From NCBI RefSeq assembly GCF_049075655.1, contig NZ_CP157522.1:1440001-1504000 (forward strand): DNA of 64,000 nucleotides. Direction: 5' to 3'. A program made the position numbers and the translations under genes. The notes beneath the pieces are model-generated. The model saw only the letters and a list, made by a program, of their open reading frames with translations. It was not told where the DNA came from and made no database searches. Position 1 is the first letter of the stretch; each line of letters opens with the position of its first letter. Positions 11,805 to 21,265 of the stretch are shown here, piece by piece. This DNA comes from Methanothermococcus sp. Ax23. GTDB lineage: Archaea; AGJL01; Methanococci; Methanococcales; Methanococcaceae.

Positions 11805-12615
11805 TATTCCACCCGCCATTCTTATCCTTTATAAATAAATCTTCCAAAGAAGTTCTCACTTCAAATTTAACAAGGTTCGATATGATGTTATTATTCTGTA
11901 TCAGATTTAAAGCATCCTTATGCGCTAAATTTTTCTTTATTAATTTTCCGTTTTCGATGTATTCAACATATGCGGTTTTATTTTGACATATTTCATCTAA
12001 CCGCCCGTAATGGATAGTTTTTCCTTCCTTTAAAATAAGTATTCTATCGCAAAATCTCTCTATCTTTTCAAGCTGGTGTGTGGATAGTATTATGGATTTT
12101 CCCTCATTCTTTAACTCAAATATTATATCTTTTAAAAGATTTAAATTAATCACATCAAGACCAGAAAAAGGTTCATCAAGTATTATTATGTCAGGATTGT
12201 GAATTATAGAAACTAAAAATTGGATTTTTTGCTGATTTCCTTTTGAAAGTGTTTTTATTTTGCTATTTTTGTATTTGGCAATATTCAACCTGTTCAAATA
12301 ATAATCAATCCTTTTTTCAATGGTTTTATTGTCCATTCCCGATAATTCCCCAAAGAATTTTAAAACATCCTTAACTTTTTCATCCTTATAAAGCCCCCTT
12401 TCTTCTGGAAGATATCCAATTTTTCCGTTTATATAAACCTCTCCGTCGTAATTATCAACTATTCCGCTGATAATTCGTAATGTTGTAGTTTTTCCAGCTC
12501 CATTATGTCCCAATAGTCCGAATATTTCCCCGCTTTTTACATTAAATGATAAATCTTTTATTGCCATCTTTGAGCCGTAGGATTTTGAAACATTTTTTAA
12601 TATGATTCTCTCCAT
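11794..12615 (-). CDS. ABC exporter ATP-binding subunit (NatA-like)
   Basis: GHNGAGKTT, LSKGNQQK, ILDEPFSGLD; ATG 12615 after GGTGGA. Confidence 0.9.
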   Translation of the reverse strand: MERIILKNVSKSYGSKMAIKDLSFNVKSGEIFGLLGHNGAGKTTTLRIISGIVDNYDGEVYINGKIGYLPEERGLYKDEKVKDVLKFFGELSGMDNKTIEKRIDYYLNRLNIAKYKNSKIKTLSKGNQQKIQFLVSIIHNPDIIILDEPFSGLDVINLNLLKDIIFELKNEGKSIILSTHQLEKIERFCDRILILKEGKTIHYGRLDEICQNKTAYVEYIENGKLIKKNLAHKDALNLIQNNNIISNLVKFEVRTSLEDLFIKDKNGGWNNGK

Positions 12616-12738
12616 TCTTCCACCGAATTTATATATTAAATAAATATAATGTAGATACTGATATACATGATTCTTAAATATTTTTAAATAATTTATTATC
12701 GATATATTGATGATTTTTATTTGGCTTAATATTATAAT

Positions 12739-12808
12739 TAAAAGAGAGCGTGAAATATACATAAAATCGAAGATTTTATATTTTTTCACTAAAAGAAAGA
12801 GCGTGAAA
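12739..12808. repeat. imperfect direct duplication flanking a cGAAg hairpin
   Basis: TAAAAGAGAGCGTGAAA (12739-12755) and TAAAAGAAAGAGCGTGAAA (12790-12808) around ATAAAATC-GAA-GATTTTAT (12761-12779). Confidence 0.75.
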
Positions 12809-12810
12809 AC

Positions 12811-13992
12811 ATGGCAATATTAGGACTTGTAGGAAAACCAAATGTGGGAAAATCAACTTTATTCAACGCAATGACAGAAAAAGTGGCAGACATTGGAAAT
12901 TACCCATTTACAACAATAAATCCAAACATTGGAACATCCTTTGTGAGCTCACCCTGTCCATGTAAAGAATTAAACATCCAATGCAACCCAAATAATTCAA
13001 AATGTATTGATGGAATAAGATACATTCCTGTTGAAATAATAGATGTTGCTGGGCTCGTTCCAGAAGCTCATAAAGGAAAAGGTATGGGAAACAAATTTTT
13101 AGATGATTTGAGACAAGCTGATGCTTTTATTGTAGTTGTTGATGCAAGTGGTAAAACAGATTTAGAAGGAAATCCTGCTGAAAATCACGACCCAACCGAA
13201 GATGTTAAATTTTTATTGGATGAGCTCGACATGTGGATTTATGGAATTTTAACTAAAAACTGGGATAAGTTATCGAGAAAGGCACAACAGCAAAAAAACA
13301 CTTCAAAGATAATCTCTGAACAGTTAAGCGGGCTCAATATCTCAGAAGAACAGGTGGAAAATGCCATTCGTAATTTAGACGACAGCCCTATAAAATGGAC
13401 TGATGATGACCTTTTATATTTGGCAAAAACTCTCAGAAAGCTTTCAAAACCTATGATTATAGCCGCAAATAAAGCAGACCATCCCGATGCAGAAGAGAAT
13501 ATCAAAAAATTAAGGGAAGAATTTAAGGATTACATTGTAATACCAACATCAGCAGAGATAGAACTGGCATTGAAGAGAGCAGAAAAGGCGGGAATTATCA
13601 AATACGATAGAACTAAAAATGATTTTGAAATAATAAATGAATCATTAAATGACGCACAGAAAAACGCCTTAAACTACATGAAAGAATACTTAAAAAAACA
13701 TAATGGAACAGGCATACAGGAGCTCCTAAACAGAGCATACTTTGACCTATTGGATATGATTGTTGTATATCCCGTGGAAGATGAAAACAAATACTGCGAT
13801 AAAAAAGGAAATGTTCTTCCAGATGCCTATTTGGTAAAAAAAGGAACCACTGCAAAGGATTTGGCATTTAAAATACATACAGACATAGGAAATAAATTTA
13901 TATATGCCGTTGATGCAAGAAAGAAAATAAGAATTGGTGCAGACCAAGAGTTGAAGGATGGAGATATAATAAAAATCGTATCTGCGGCTTAA
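12811..13992 (+). CDS. Obg/YchF-family translation-associated GTPase with TGS domain
   Basis: GKPNVGKST, YPFTTINPN, DVAGLV, ANKAD, C-terminal IHTDI TGS. Confidence 0.92.
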   Translation: MAILGLVGKPNVGKSTLFNAMTEKVADIGNYPFTTINPNIGTSFVSSPCPCKELNIQCNPNNSKCIDGIRYIPVEIIDVAGLVPEAHKGKGMGNKFLDDLRQADAFIVVVDASGKTDLEGNPAENHDPTEDVKFLLDELDMWIYGILTKNWDKLSRKAQQQKNTSKIISEQLSGLNISEEQVENAIRNLDDSPIKWTDDDLLYLAKTLRKLSKPMIIAANKADHPDAEENIKKLREEFKDYIVIPTSAEIELALKRAEKAGIIKYDRTKNDFEIINESLNDAQKNALNYMKEYLKKHNGTGIQELLNRAYFDLLDMIVVYPVEDENKYCDKKGNVLPDAYLVKKGTTAKDLAFKIHTDIGNKFIYAVDARKKIRIGADQELKDGDIIKIVSAA

Positions 13993-14029
13993 TATTAATT
14001 ATTAATTATATATTATTTACGGTGATATA

Positions 14030-14362
14030 ATGGAAAATGAAGCAAATAAAGAAATAATCGAAAATATGAAGTGCCCAATATGTGGTGGAGATGACTGCAT
14101 AAAAAAATCTGCTGTCGAGCTCTACCTCAACATGATAAAAATGTTCTTCAAATACCAAGATAAAGACAGCGATATAACTTATAGAAAATACCCAACAGTT
14201 GGGGAAATAGGAGAGTGCAAAAAAACATTTAAAAGAATATGGCTTTGCCCATACTGTAAAAAACCATTTGAATCAAACTACGAACTGGGAAAGGTCGTGG
14301 TCAAATGTCCGCACTGTGATGAAACATTATGTATTCCAGTTTCAAACAGAACCTTTTGCTAA
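14030..14362 (+). CDS. zinc-ribbon hypothetical protein
   Basis: CPIC, CPYC, CPHC pairs; GGTGAT RBS. Confidence 0.75.
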   Translation: MENEANKEIIENMKCPICGGDDCIKKSAVELYLNMIKMFFKYQDKDSDITYRKYPTVGEIGECKKTFKRIWLCPYCKKPFESNYELGKVVVKCPHCDETLCIPVSNRTFC

Positions 14363-14404
14363 TCTATTTTTTAAAATAAAATAAATAAAATGAAAATAAA
14401 ACAT

Positions 14405-14875
14405 TTATTTTTTCCTTTTTTTAATGACCTTATCAAATAACTCATCAGGAGTAGGTTTTTCCGCCCCTAGGTATTTAACAACAAGGGAGCCGTATTTTAA
14501 ATACTCCTCTTCAACAGGTAAATCCCCAACGAATAATCCGGGGCAATTATTTAAAAACCATCCATCATAAGTTAATACCAATTTTCCATTTTTCAGCTGT
14601 GGAGAATATGGTCTTAATCTGCAAATTAGCGGTCTTACTTTGTATATGGAGCATTTATTATTTTTTAAAAATACGCATTTACCTTTAATTTCTTTCAACT
14701 CGCCGTATGTTCCATCAAAATATGTTAAATATTTTTTAACCGTTTCTTCAAATGGTATTTTTAAATAACCGCTTATATTTGCTATATCCTTTTTTGTTAT
14801 TGTTGGGGAATCACAGCATTTTCCACACATTCTGCATGTCCATGCTATTCCTTTTGTATCTGCCTTAATTTTCAT
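14405..14875 (-). CDS. YkgJ-family CxxCxxCC cysteine cluster protein
   Basis: CRMCGKCC, CVFL, CSIYKVRPLICRLRP. Confidence 0.88.
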   Translation of the reverse strand: MKIKADTKGIAWTCRMCGKCCDSPTITKKDIANISGYLKIPFEETVKKYLTYFDGTYGELKEIKGKCVFLKNNKCSIYKVRPLICRLRPYSPQLKNGKLVLTYDGWFLNNCPGLFVGDLPVEEEYLKYGSLVVKYLGAEKPTPDELFDKVIKKRKK

Positions 14876-15033
14876 GTTTTCACTTTTTAAATAGTAGTTG
14901 CGAATTTTTCTTATTTTTCCTTTTTTATTTTTGACTAATATTGATTAATTTTGTAATTTAATGAAATTCTTTTTAAGTTTTATAAGTTCGAAAGACCTCC
15001 GGTTTCCTGAATGGTGATTATGTAAAAAACCTT

Positions 15034-15855
15034 TTAAGTTTTAGGTTTTTGTTGCTCACCTACTTTATAAGCAAGTTGAAAATCGCTTCGATAACCAATT
15101 CCTTCGGAATTTATTCCAGTCGGTGAGTCCAAATGATTGGCTTTGATTTCGGTAGTAGTATTTTTTTCACATATTCTTGCACATACGCCATAATGCCCCG
15201 ATAAATAGTTAAGTGCATTGTGTATTTTTAAATGAATATTTTTAGGAAGTCGATATAGAATATATGCAAATATTACCCCAGTAATTACATCAACAATCCA
15301 GTGCTGTCCCATAAATAGGGTCGAAATTGGTATTAATATACCCAGTGCATAGAACAAATACCTTATTTTGCTTTTTTCATCTTTAAAATGCAGTGCCATG
15401 AGAACAGAGTATGCAGTATGCAGGGAAGGAATTTCATAAGTAGGTTTTGTAAATATCCACAAGTAAGGAGTATTTACTAAATCCTGTGCAACACCAACTT
15501 GGAATGGAGATTGAACTATAAAAAATGTATAAATTAACCCTGCTATGAGCCATCCAAGTGCAATATCTATTAAAATTATATCTGCTTTTAGATAATTCTT
15601 TTTTATAATCAAATAATAGCCGATTCCTCCAACTACGCAAATTGTAAATAAATACATATAAACTATTCTAAAAAATTCCACTATCCAATATGGTGATGTT
15701 TGAAGAATATGATAAAATTTAGCATTGCATAAGGGAATATAATGCAAATAATTGGTAAAATCAAAGGGGGTAATTATTTGGGAATACCACATTAATCCCC
15801 CCCACATAATATAGGCAATAGGGTATGTAATTAATCTTATTTTTATCATTTTCAT
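15034..15855 (-). CDS. PAP2-superfamily (Aur1/IPC synthase-like) membrane protein
   Basis: IPSLHTA and HWIVDVITG motifs; C-terminal tail overlaps hairpin modules. Confidence 0.8.
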   Translation of the reverse strand: MKMIKIRLITYPIAYIMWGGLMWYSQIITPFDFTNYLHYIPLCNAKFYHILQTSPYWIVEFFRIVYMYLFTICVVGGIGYYLIIKKNYLKADIILIDIALGWLIAGLIYTFFIVQSPFQVGVAQDLVNTPYLWIFTKPTYEIPSLHTAYSVLMALHFKDEKSKIRYLFYALGILIPISTLFMGQHWIVDVITGVIFAYILYRLPKNIHLKIHNALNYLSGHYGVCARICEKNTTTEIKANHLDSPTGINSEGIGYRSDFQLAYKVGEQQKPKT

Positions 15856-15862
15856 AATATCC

Positions 15863-16918
15863 CTATGGGAAGTATGTATCCAATTCTTTAATACAGGAGC
15901 TCACCAACTTAACAGTTTCATCTAAATCAGATATACCAATTACTTCAACAGGAGTGTGTATATATCTTGAAGGAACTGAAATCACACCAGTTGGAATACC
16001 GTCTCTCGTTAGGTGAATTGCAGTAGCATCTGTTGTTCCACCTTCTCCAACTTCATACTGAACAGAGATATTGTATTTCTTTGATACTTCTTTTATCATA
16101 TCTAAAACCTTTGGATGAGTAATTAAACCTCTTCCAGAAGCATCCACTATACCGACTACTGGACCCTTACCTAATTCAACAGGAGCATCTTCCATTTTTA
16201 TACCCGGATGGTCTCCACAGATTGTCACATCAAGTGCAAGTGCCACATCTGGATTAATGCCAAAAGCTGATGTTCTCGCACCCTTTAATCCAACCTCTTC
16301 CTGAACAGTTCCAACGAAATATATTTGGCAATTTAATTCCATTTCGCTCAATTCCTTTGCAACTTCCAATAAAACAGCACATCCTGCTCTGTCGTCAAAT
16401 GCCTTACATGATATTCTGTTGTTGCCGAGCTCATCAAAATCTGATTTAAATGAAATCCATGAGCCTATCTCTACACCCATATTTTGAGCGTCTTCTCTAT
16501 CTTTTGCCCCAATATCAATAAACATGTCCTCGTATTTTATTAATTTATTTCTTTCACTTTCTTTCATTTTGTGCGGTGGTTTTGAACCTAAAACACCTAC
16601 AATATCCCCTTTGTCAGTATGAACAATTACTTTCTGGTTTAAAAGCATCTGGTCATTTATTCCTCCAATTTTTGTGAATTTTAAGAATCCTTTATCGTCT
16701 ATGTATTTAACCATCAATCCAATTTCATCCATATGTGCCGCAAGCATTATTTTAGGTCCCTTATTTCCTTTTTTTGCAATTAAGTTTCCAAATTTATCTG
16801 TATATACCTCATCGCAGTATTTTTTAAGCTCTCTTTCCATTATGGTTCTTATTCTATCTTCCCTTCCTGAAATACCTTCTGCTGTTGATAGTTCCTTTAA
16901 ATAATCAAGCACAGCCAT
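15863..16918 (-). CDS. M42 family (TET-like) aminopeptidase
   Basis: [33 protein letters not shown]. Confidence 0.93.
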   Translation of the reverse strand: MAVLDYLKELSTAEGISGREDRIRTIMERELKKYCDEVYTDKFGNLIAKKGNKGPKIMLAAHMDEIGLMVKYIDDKGFLKFTKIGGINDQMLLNQKVIVHTDKGDIVGVLGSKPPHKMKESERNKLIKYEDMFIDIGAKDREDAQNMGVEIGSWISFKSDFDELGNNRISCKAFDDRAGCAVLLEVAKELSEMELNCQIYFVGTVQEEVGLKGARTSAFGINPDVALALDVTICGDHPGIKMEDAPVELGKGPVVGIVDASGRGLITHPKVLDMIKEVSKKYNISVQYEVGEGGTTDATAIHLTRDGIPTGVISVPSRYIHTPVEVIGISDLDETVKLVSSCIKELDTYFP

Positions 16919-17010
16919 TATATCACCTTTTTTAGATTTTAGCAAAAAATATTAAAAATATTATTAAATACGCAAAATACAAGTATGATATTATAATATA
17001 TAACAATTAC

Positions 17011-17328
17011 GATAAACCGCCGAGAAAGCCAACGATTTTAATCGTTGGATGAGAGGCGGACATTATATCGGCTAGTAAGTAGTAAAATATAAATATGAGA
17101 AGATTAATAGTAAGTAACGCTACCAGTCCAAGTTCTAATGGGTAGGGTTAGTGAAAACTCTACCGCTGGTAGTGGTTGGTATCGTGGTTTGTTTTGATAG
17201 AGTAATCTTAGTGATACAGCGTAGCCCTGAATCTCCTAAACGGGGATAGGGGTAGTGGGCTTGGCCACCCATGTAGGGTTAAACCCTGCTAAAAGAACCC
17301 AACGAGTTCACTCGTTGGAGTAGGTCAG
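17011..17328 (+). mobile_element. non-autonomous IS200/IS605 mini-element (same family as 58246-59712), carrying an omega-RNA-like region
   Basis: preceded by TTAC; LE AAAG + CCAACGATT/AATCGTTGG hairpin; RE GAAC + CCAACGAGT/ACTCGTTGG hairpin ending TCAG; both ends near-identical to those of the tnpB element. Confidence 0.92.
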
Positions 17329-17361
17329 AATATGGTGAATAGGTATAAAATATTTATTGAA

Positions 17362-17757
17362 TTATTCCTGCAATTCAAAATAATTCTTCTGCTTAACAAC
17401 TATTATAGGGATGCCCATATCAATAAGCCTTCTTTTTAAATCCTTGTCATTTGTGCATACAACGATTTTATTGCCCTTATCCTTTTGGTATTTTGCATAG
17501 TTTATTATTATCTCATCGGCATACTTTCCAATATTGTAATCATCTGTTTTATATTTTTTAATTAAGGATAATAATAGATTTATTGAAAATTTCTCCTTAC
17601 CTTTTAATTGGGTTTTAAGTTTTTCCAATTCTTCCCTTATGCAATTGAGTATTATAACTTCATAATTATTTAATATTCTGTCGAGCTCATAATCTATATT
17701 TATATTATGTTTAATGGCATATATTAAAAAATTTGTATCTGGTATTACTATTATCAT
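17362..17757 (-). CDS. PIN-domain protein (Fcf1/Utp24-like)
   Basis: VIPDTNFL, ADEII, VCTNDKDLKRR motifs. Confidence 0.88.
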   Translation of the reverse strand: MIIVIPDTNFLIYAIKHNINIDYELDRILNNYEVIILNCIREELEKLKTQLKGKEKFSINLLLSLIKKYKTDDYNIGKYADEIIINYAKYQKDKGNKIVVCTNDKDLKRRLIDMGIPIIVVKQKNYFELQE

Positions 17758-17765
17758 TTTATCAC

Positions 17766-18145
17766 GACTCCTTCGGCAGGAAGCCAACGGCTCCGCAACG
17801 AAGTTGCGACCTAAAACCTTCGGTTTTAAGTTTTCCTCACTTTCGTTCGGAAATGCTATAAAAATCCGAAGGATTTTTATTCAATTAGCCGTTGGAGGAT
17901 GCCGAAAAATTTATATGTTGTATAAACTATATATTGTAATAAACCCTAAGGCACGAAGCTCGGTAGAGTGGATACGGTTGGAAGGGCACATATTAAATGT
18001 GATATTTATAGGGCTGTTGTCAGCCAGCCTAATGTCCTCCGCCCTTATTATTGAGGGAGTTGGATTGAATAAATTCCTTCGGAATTTATAGCTCTCCGCT
18101 TCGCTACGAAGGGCAAGCCAACGACTTTAGTCGTTGGTAGCTGAC
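17766..18145 (+). mobile_element. second-family non-autonomous IS200/IS605 mini-element with nested hairpin insertions
   Basis: preceded by TCAC; LE GAAG + CCAACGGCT...AGCCGTTGG; RE CAAG + CCAACGACT-TT-AGTCGTTGG ending TGAC; guide/cleavage tetramers fit the IS608-type pairing rule. Confidence 0.85.
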
Positions 18146-21130
18146 TTAGGAATTAGTTATTACTGAATCCTCTCCAATCTTTTTTATGTTTATAATATTA
18201 TTTGCCACCTGTTCCAATTCGTTGTGGTGAGATATTACAAAAATCTGAGAAATGGTTTTTATGTTTCCAAAGATGTTTAACAGTTTTTTACGCCTATCTT
18301 CATCAAGGAATGCCGTTGGTTCGTCCAGTATTATACATTGTAGATTATTACAAACCGCTTTTGCTATTCCAAGCCTAAGTGCAAGGGATACTGCTATCTG
18401 CTCACCACCACTTAAAGTTTTTACAGGGAGCTCATCCACAATTATATCATAATCATTCTTAATTTGGATGTGGCTGTATGGCAATTCGAACTCATTAAAT
18501 ATTTCATTGGTGTATCTCTGAATAAGTGGAATATACTTTTCTCTTAAATACTGCTGAAATCCGTTCTTTGAAAAGACATTTTCCCTTATATCTATTAAAT
18601 AACCTATATAATTCTCCAATCTTTCCTTTTCTTTTTCTTTATCGTGCAATTCATTTAGATTATTTATTTGTTTTTGCAGTTGTTCCTCTTTGGAATTTAA
18701 ATATGATGTAATTTCTATAATCTGATTATTTGCATCATTTAATTTGTTGAATATTTTTTCATAATCCTCTTTTAATTTGTTGTGGTAGGTATTGTCATAA
18801 TTTAAATTATCCAGCTCTTCTAAAATATCTTTTTTGTTATCTTTTAATGATTCTATCTCTTTATTTTTATTATTTATAATCTCATTTACCGTATTTTCCA
18901 GTTTGTCAATATCTGTTCCGTATCTTTTGCAATAGTTTTCTAACACCGCAAGGGCATTTTTATATTTGCTGTAAGGTTCTTCATACATTTCCATTTCTTT
19001 TTCTATTTTGGATTTTTTCTGCTCTAATTTGATATATTGCTCTGCGTCTTTCTGTATGTTCTCGATTTCTTTTAAAGTATCAATTAACTCTTTTTCCTTA
19101 TTTTTTTTATCATTCATCAGTATTATAATATTATTTAATTTCCCCAAAACATCATTTAATTCCTTCCTTTTAGCATTTACCTTTATTCTATCATAATTGC
19201 CAACTATTTTCAAAAGATTGTTTTTATTTTCTAAAATTTCCTTTTCATTTGCATTTTTTAAATACTCCACACAAAAATTGTATTTGTTATAGTGCTTTTC
19301 TAAATCATTCTTTTTCTTTTCCAAATCTTCGATTTCCTTTTCAATGCTTACGTATTTGCTAATTTCCTTTCGGAGCTCATATAAATCATATATATGATTA
19401 TCTAAATCCCTATTTATATTTTCTAAATTCTCCTTTTTTTCCTTTAATTTTCCGTATTTGTCTTTTAATTTATTTATTTCTTCAAGCTTCTTTTTTAGTT
19501 CCTTTAATTCATTGTCATAATTGTTATATTTTTTGTTAAGTTTAATTAATACCCGTTCTTCCTTTTCAATATCATTGTGGTATGTGTTTAGGAGCTCCTC
19601 CTTTTTCTTCCCATCAATATCTGACTGACACACAGGACATTTATTATCGGTTTCTTTAAGTTTTTCAATTGCCTCTTTCATCTGGTTTATTCTTGTCTCC
19701 TTTTCAACTATTAATTTGTTAAGATTGCTTATTTTTTCCATTAATTCATCATGCTCTTTTATTAGCTCATTTTCAGTATTTATTTTACTTTCGATTTCAT
19801 CAAAATTTGATAGTTCTTTTAGGAGCTCCTCCTTTTTCTTCTTCAAGGTATCTATTTGAGAATTGATACTTTTTTCTTTTTCCTTTAATTTCCCAAAATC
19901 TACAAGTTTTGCATTTAATTCATTTAATTTTTTATTTAATTCTAAATATTCATAATAATATTTTTCATTATTTTTTAATTCTAGTTTATTTTTATTTATC
20001 TCGTTTAGTCGATTGTTTATCTCGTTCAATTCCGTTAATTTTTCCATTACAATATCTAAATTATTAAGTTCTTTTTTAATATTTTCAATATCTTTGTTTA
20101 TTGTTTCAATGTCTTTGTTTTCTGGATTAAGGTTCTTTAAATTGTTTTCAATATCCTTTAAGTTATCTTCCAAATTTTTCTTTGTGCCTCTTAATATATT
20201 GAATTTATCGTAATATTCCTTATATTTTATAATCTCATTAGATAGTTCCTTTAATTTCTCTTCAATTTCATTGTATTTTATATATCCTTCGTTATTTTCC
20301 ATTAAAATTTCACTGTATTTGTTAATGTCTATTAAGTCTTTATTTAAACTACCAATATCTTTTTCAAGAGTTTCTATTTTATGCCCTATTTCTGTCAATA
20401 TTTTATTTAAATCGTTGAATTTTTTTTCCTTTTCATCATAATGATTTAACTCTTCTTTCTTTTTTGCCTCTAATTTTTTAATGTGCTCGTATTTATTTTG
20501 CAGTTCTTTTAATTCCTTTTCCTTATATGATATTTCTTCTTTTAAATTGTTTATATCTTCCTTTATAATATCAATTTGCTTCAACTCCCCCTTTATATAC
20601 TCCAATTTACCATTGAAATTATTAATTGCCTTCCCCATCTCTTCCCAAGTTTTCTCGTATTTTTCAATGCCAAGAAGCTTACCAATAAGTTTCTTTCTTT
20701 CCGCTGGTTTGAGATTTATAAGATTGCTAATCTCCCCCTGTTTTATGTAAATTGCATTTAAAAATACCTCGTGGTCTATTCCAAGTATTTCCCTTACTTT
20801 ATTATTTACTTCATTATTGCCCTCTGCATAAAGTTTATCATTTATATAGAGCCTATCCACATTACTTCCCCTTCCCCGTCCCCTTACAATTTTATACTCG
20901 TTTCCTCCTATTTCGAATGTGAGCTCTATTAAAAATTGGTTGGTTCCCCTCTTTTTTAAGTCCTCAATTCTAGCGCTGCCTCTTGCATATAGTGCGTAAT
21001 TCATGGCTTCAAATATTGACGATTTTCCACTTCCATTCTGACCTATTATAGTGGTGATTCCTTTATTAAATGATATTTTGGTGTTTTTATGACTTCTAAA
21101 ATTCTTAATGTCAATTCCCTTTATTATCAT
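18146..21130 (-). CDS. rad50: DNA double-strand break repair ATPase Rad50
   Basis: GQNGSGKSS, coiled coil with CPVC zinc hook, LSGGE, LDEPT. Confidence 0.96.
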   Translation of the reverse strand: MIIKGIDIKNFRSHKNTKISFNKGITTIIGQNGSGKSSIFEAMNYALYARGSARIEDLKKRGTNQFLIELTFEIGGNEYKIVRGRGRGSNVDRLYINDKLYAEGNNEVNNKVREILGIDHEVFLNAIYIKQGEISNLINLKPAERKKLIGKLLGIEKYEKTWEEMGKAINNFNGKLEYIKGELKQIDIIKEDINNLKEEISYKEKELKELQNKYEHIKKLEAKKKEELNHYDEKEKKFNDLNKILTEIGHKIETLEKDIGSLNKDLIDINKYSEILMENNEGYIKYNEIEEKLKELSNEIIKYKEYYDKFNILRGTKKNLEDNLKDIENNLKNLNPENKDIETINKDIENIKKELNNLDIVMEKLTELNEINNRLNEINKNKLELKNNEKYYYEYLELNKKLNELNAKLVDFGKLKEKEKSINSQIDTLKKKKEELLKELSNFDEIESKINTENELIKEHDELMEKISNLNKLIVEKETRINQMKEAIEKLKETDNKCPVCQSDIDGKKKEELLNTYHNDIEKEERVLIKLNKKYNNYDNELKELKKKLEEINKLKDKYGKLKEKKENLENINRDLDNHIYDLYELRKEISKYVSIEKEIEDLEKKKNDLEKHYNKYNFCVEYLKNANEKEILENKNNLLKIVGNYDRIKVNAKRKELNDVLGKLNNIIILMNDKKNKEKELIDTLKEIENIQKDAEQYIKLEQKKSKIEKEMEMYEEPYSKYKNALAVLENYCKRYGTDIDKLENTVNEIINNKNKEIESLKDNKKDILEELDNLNYDNTYHNKLKEDYEKIFNKLNDANNQIIEITSYLNSKEEQLQKQINNLNELHDKEKEKERLENYIGYLIDIRENVFSKNGFQQYLREKYIPLIQRYTNEIFNEFELPYSHIQIKNDYDIIVDELPVKTLSGGEQIAVSLALRLGIAKAVCNNLQCIILDEPTAFLDEDRRKKLLNIFGNIKTISQIFVISHHNELEQVANNIINIKKIGEDSVITNS

Positions 21131-21265
21131 TATCCCACCGATTTGGTTATTTTAGTTATAGTTATAGTTAGTTATTAGTTATTTTATCGTTGCTTCATTA
21201 TTTTTTTATTATTTTAATTATTTTAATTATTTTTATTATTTTTTATCTTATTCCTACCTATTTTT

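Noticed and set aside
17784-17895. Possible CRISPR array or tRNA cloverleaf
   Set aside because: No repeated unit with spacers, no T-loop, anticodon or acceptor geometry; hairpins differ in sequence.
17714-18091. 125-aa plus-strand ORF
   Set aside because: Runs through the mini-element and its hairpin inserts, antisense to the PIN start; no RBS or recognisable motif.
21140-21265. TAGTTA and ATTATTTT short repeats between mre11 and rad50
   Set aside because: Low-complexity slippage in AT-rich intergenic DNA with no higher-order structure.
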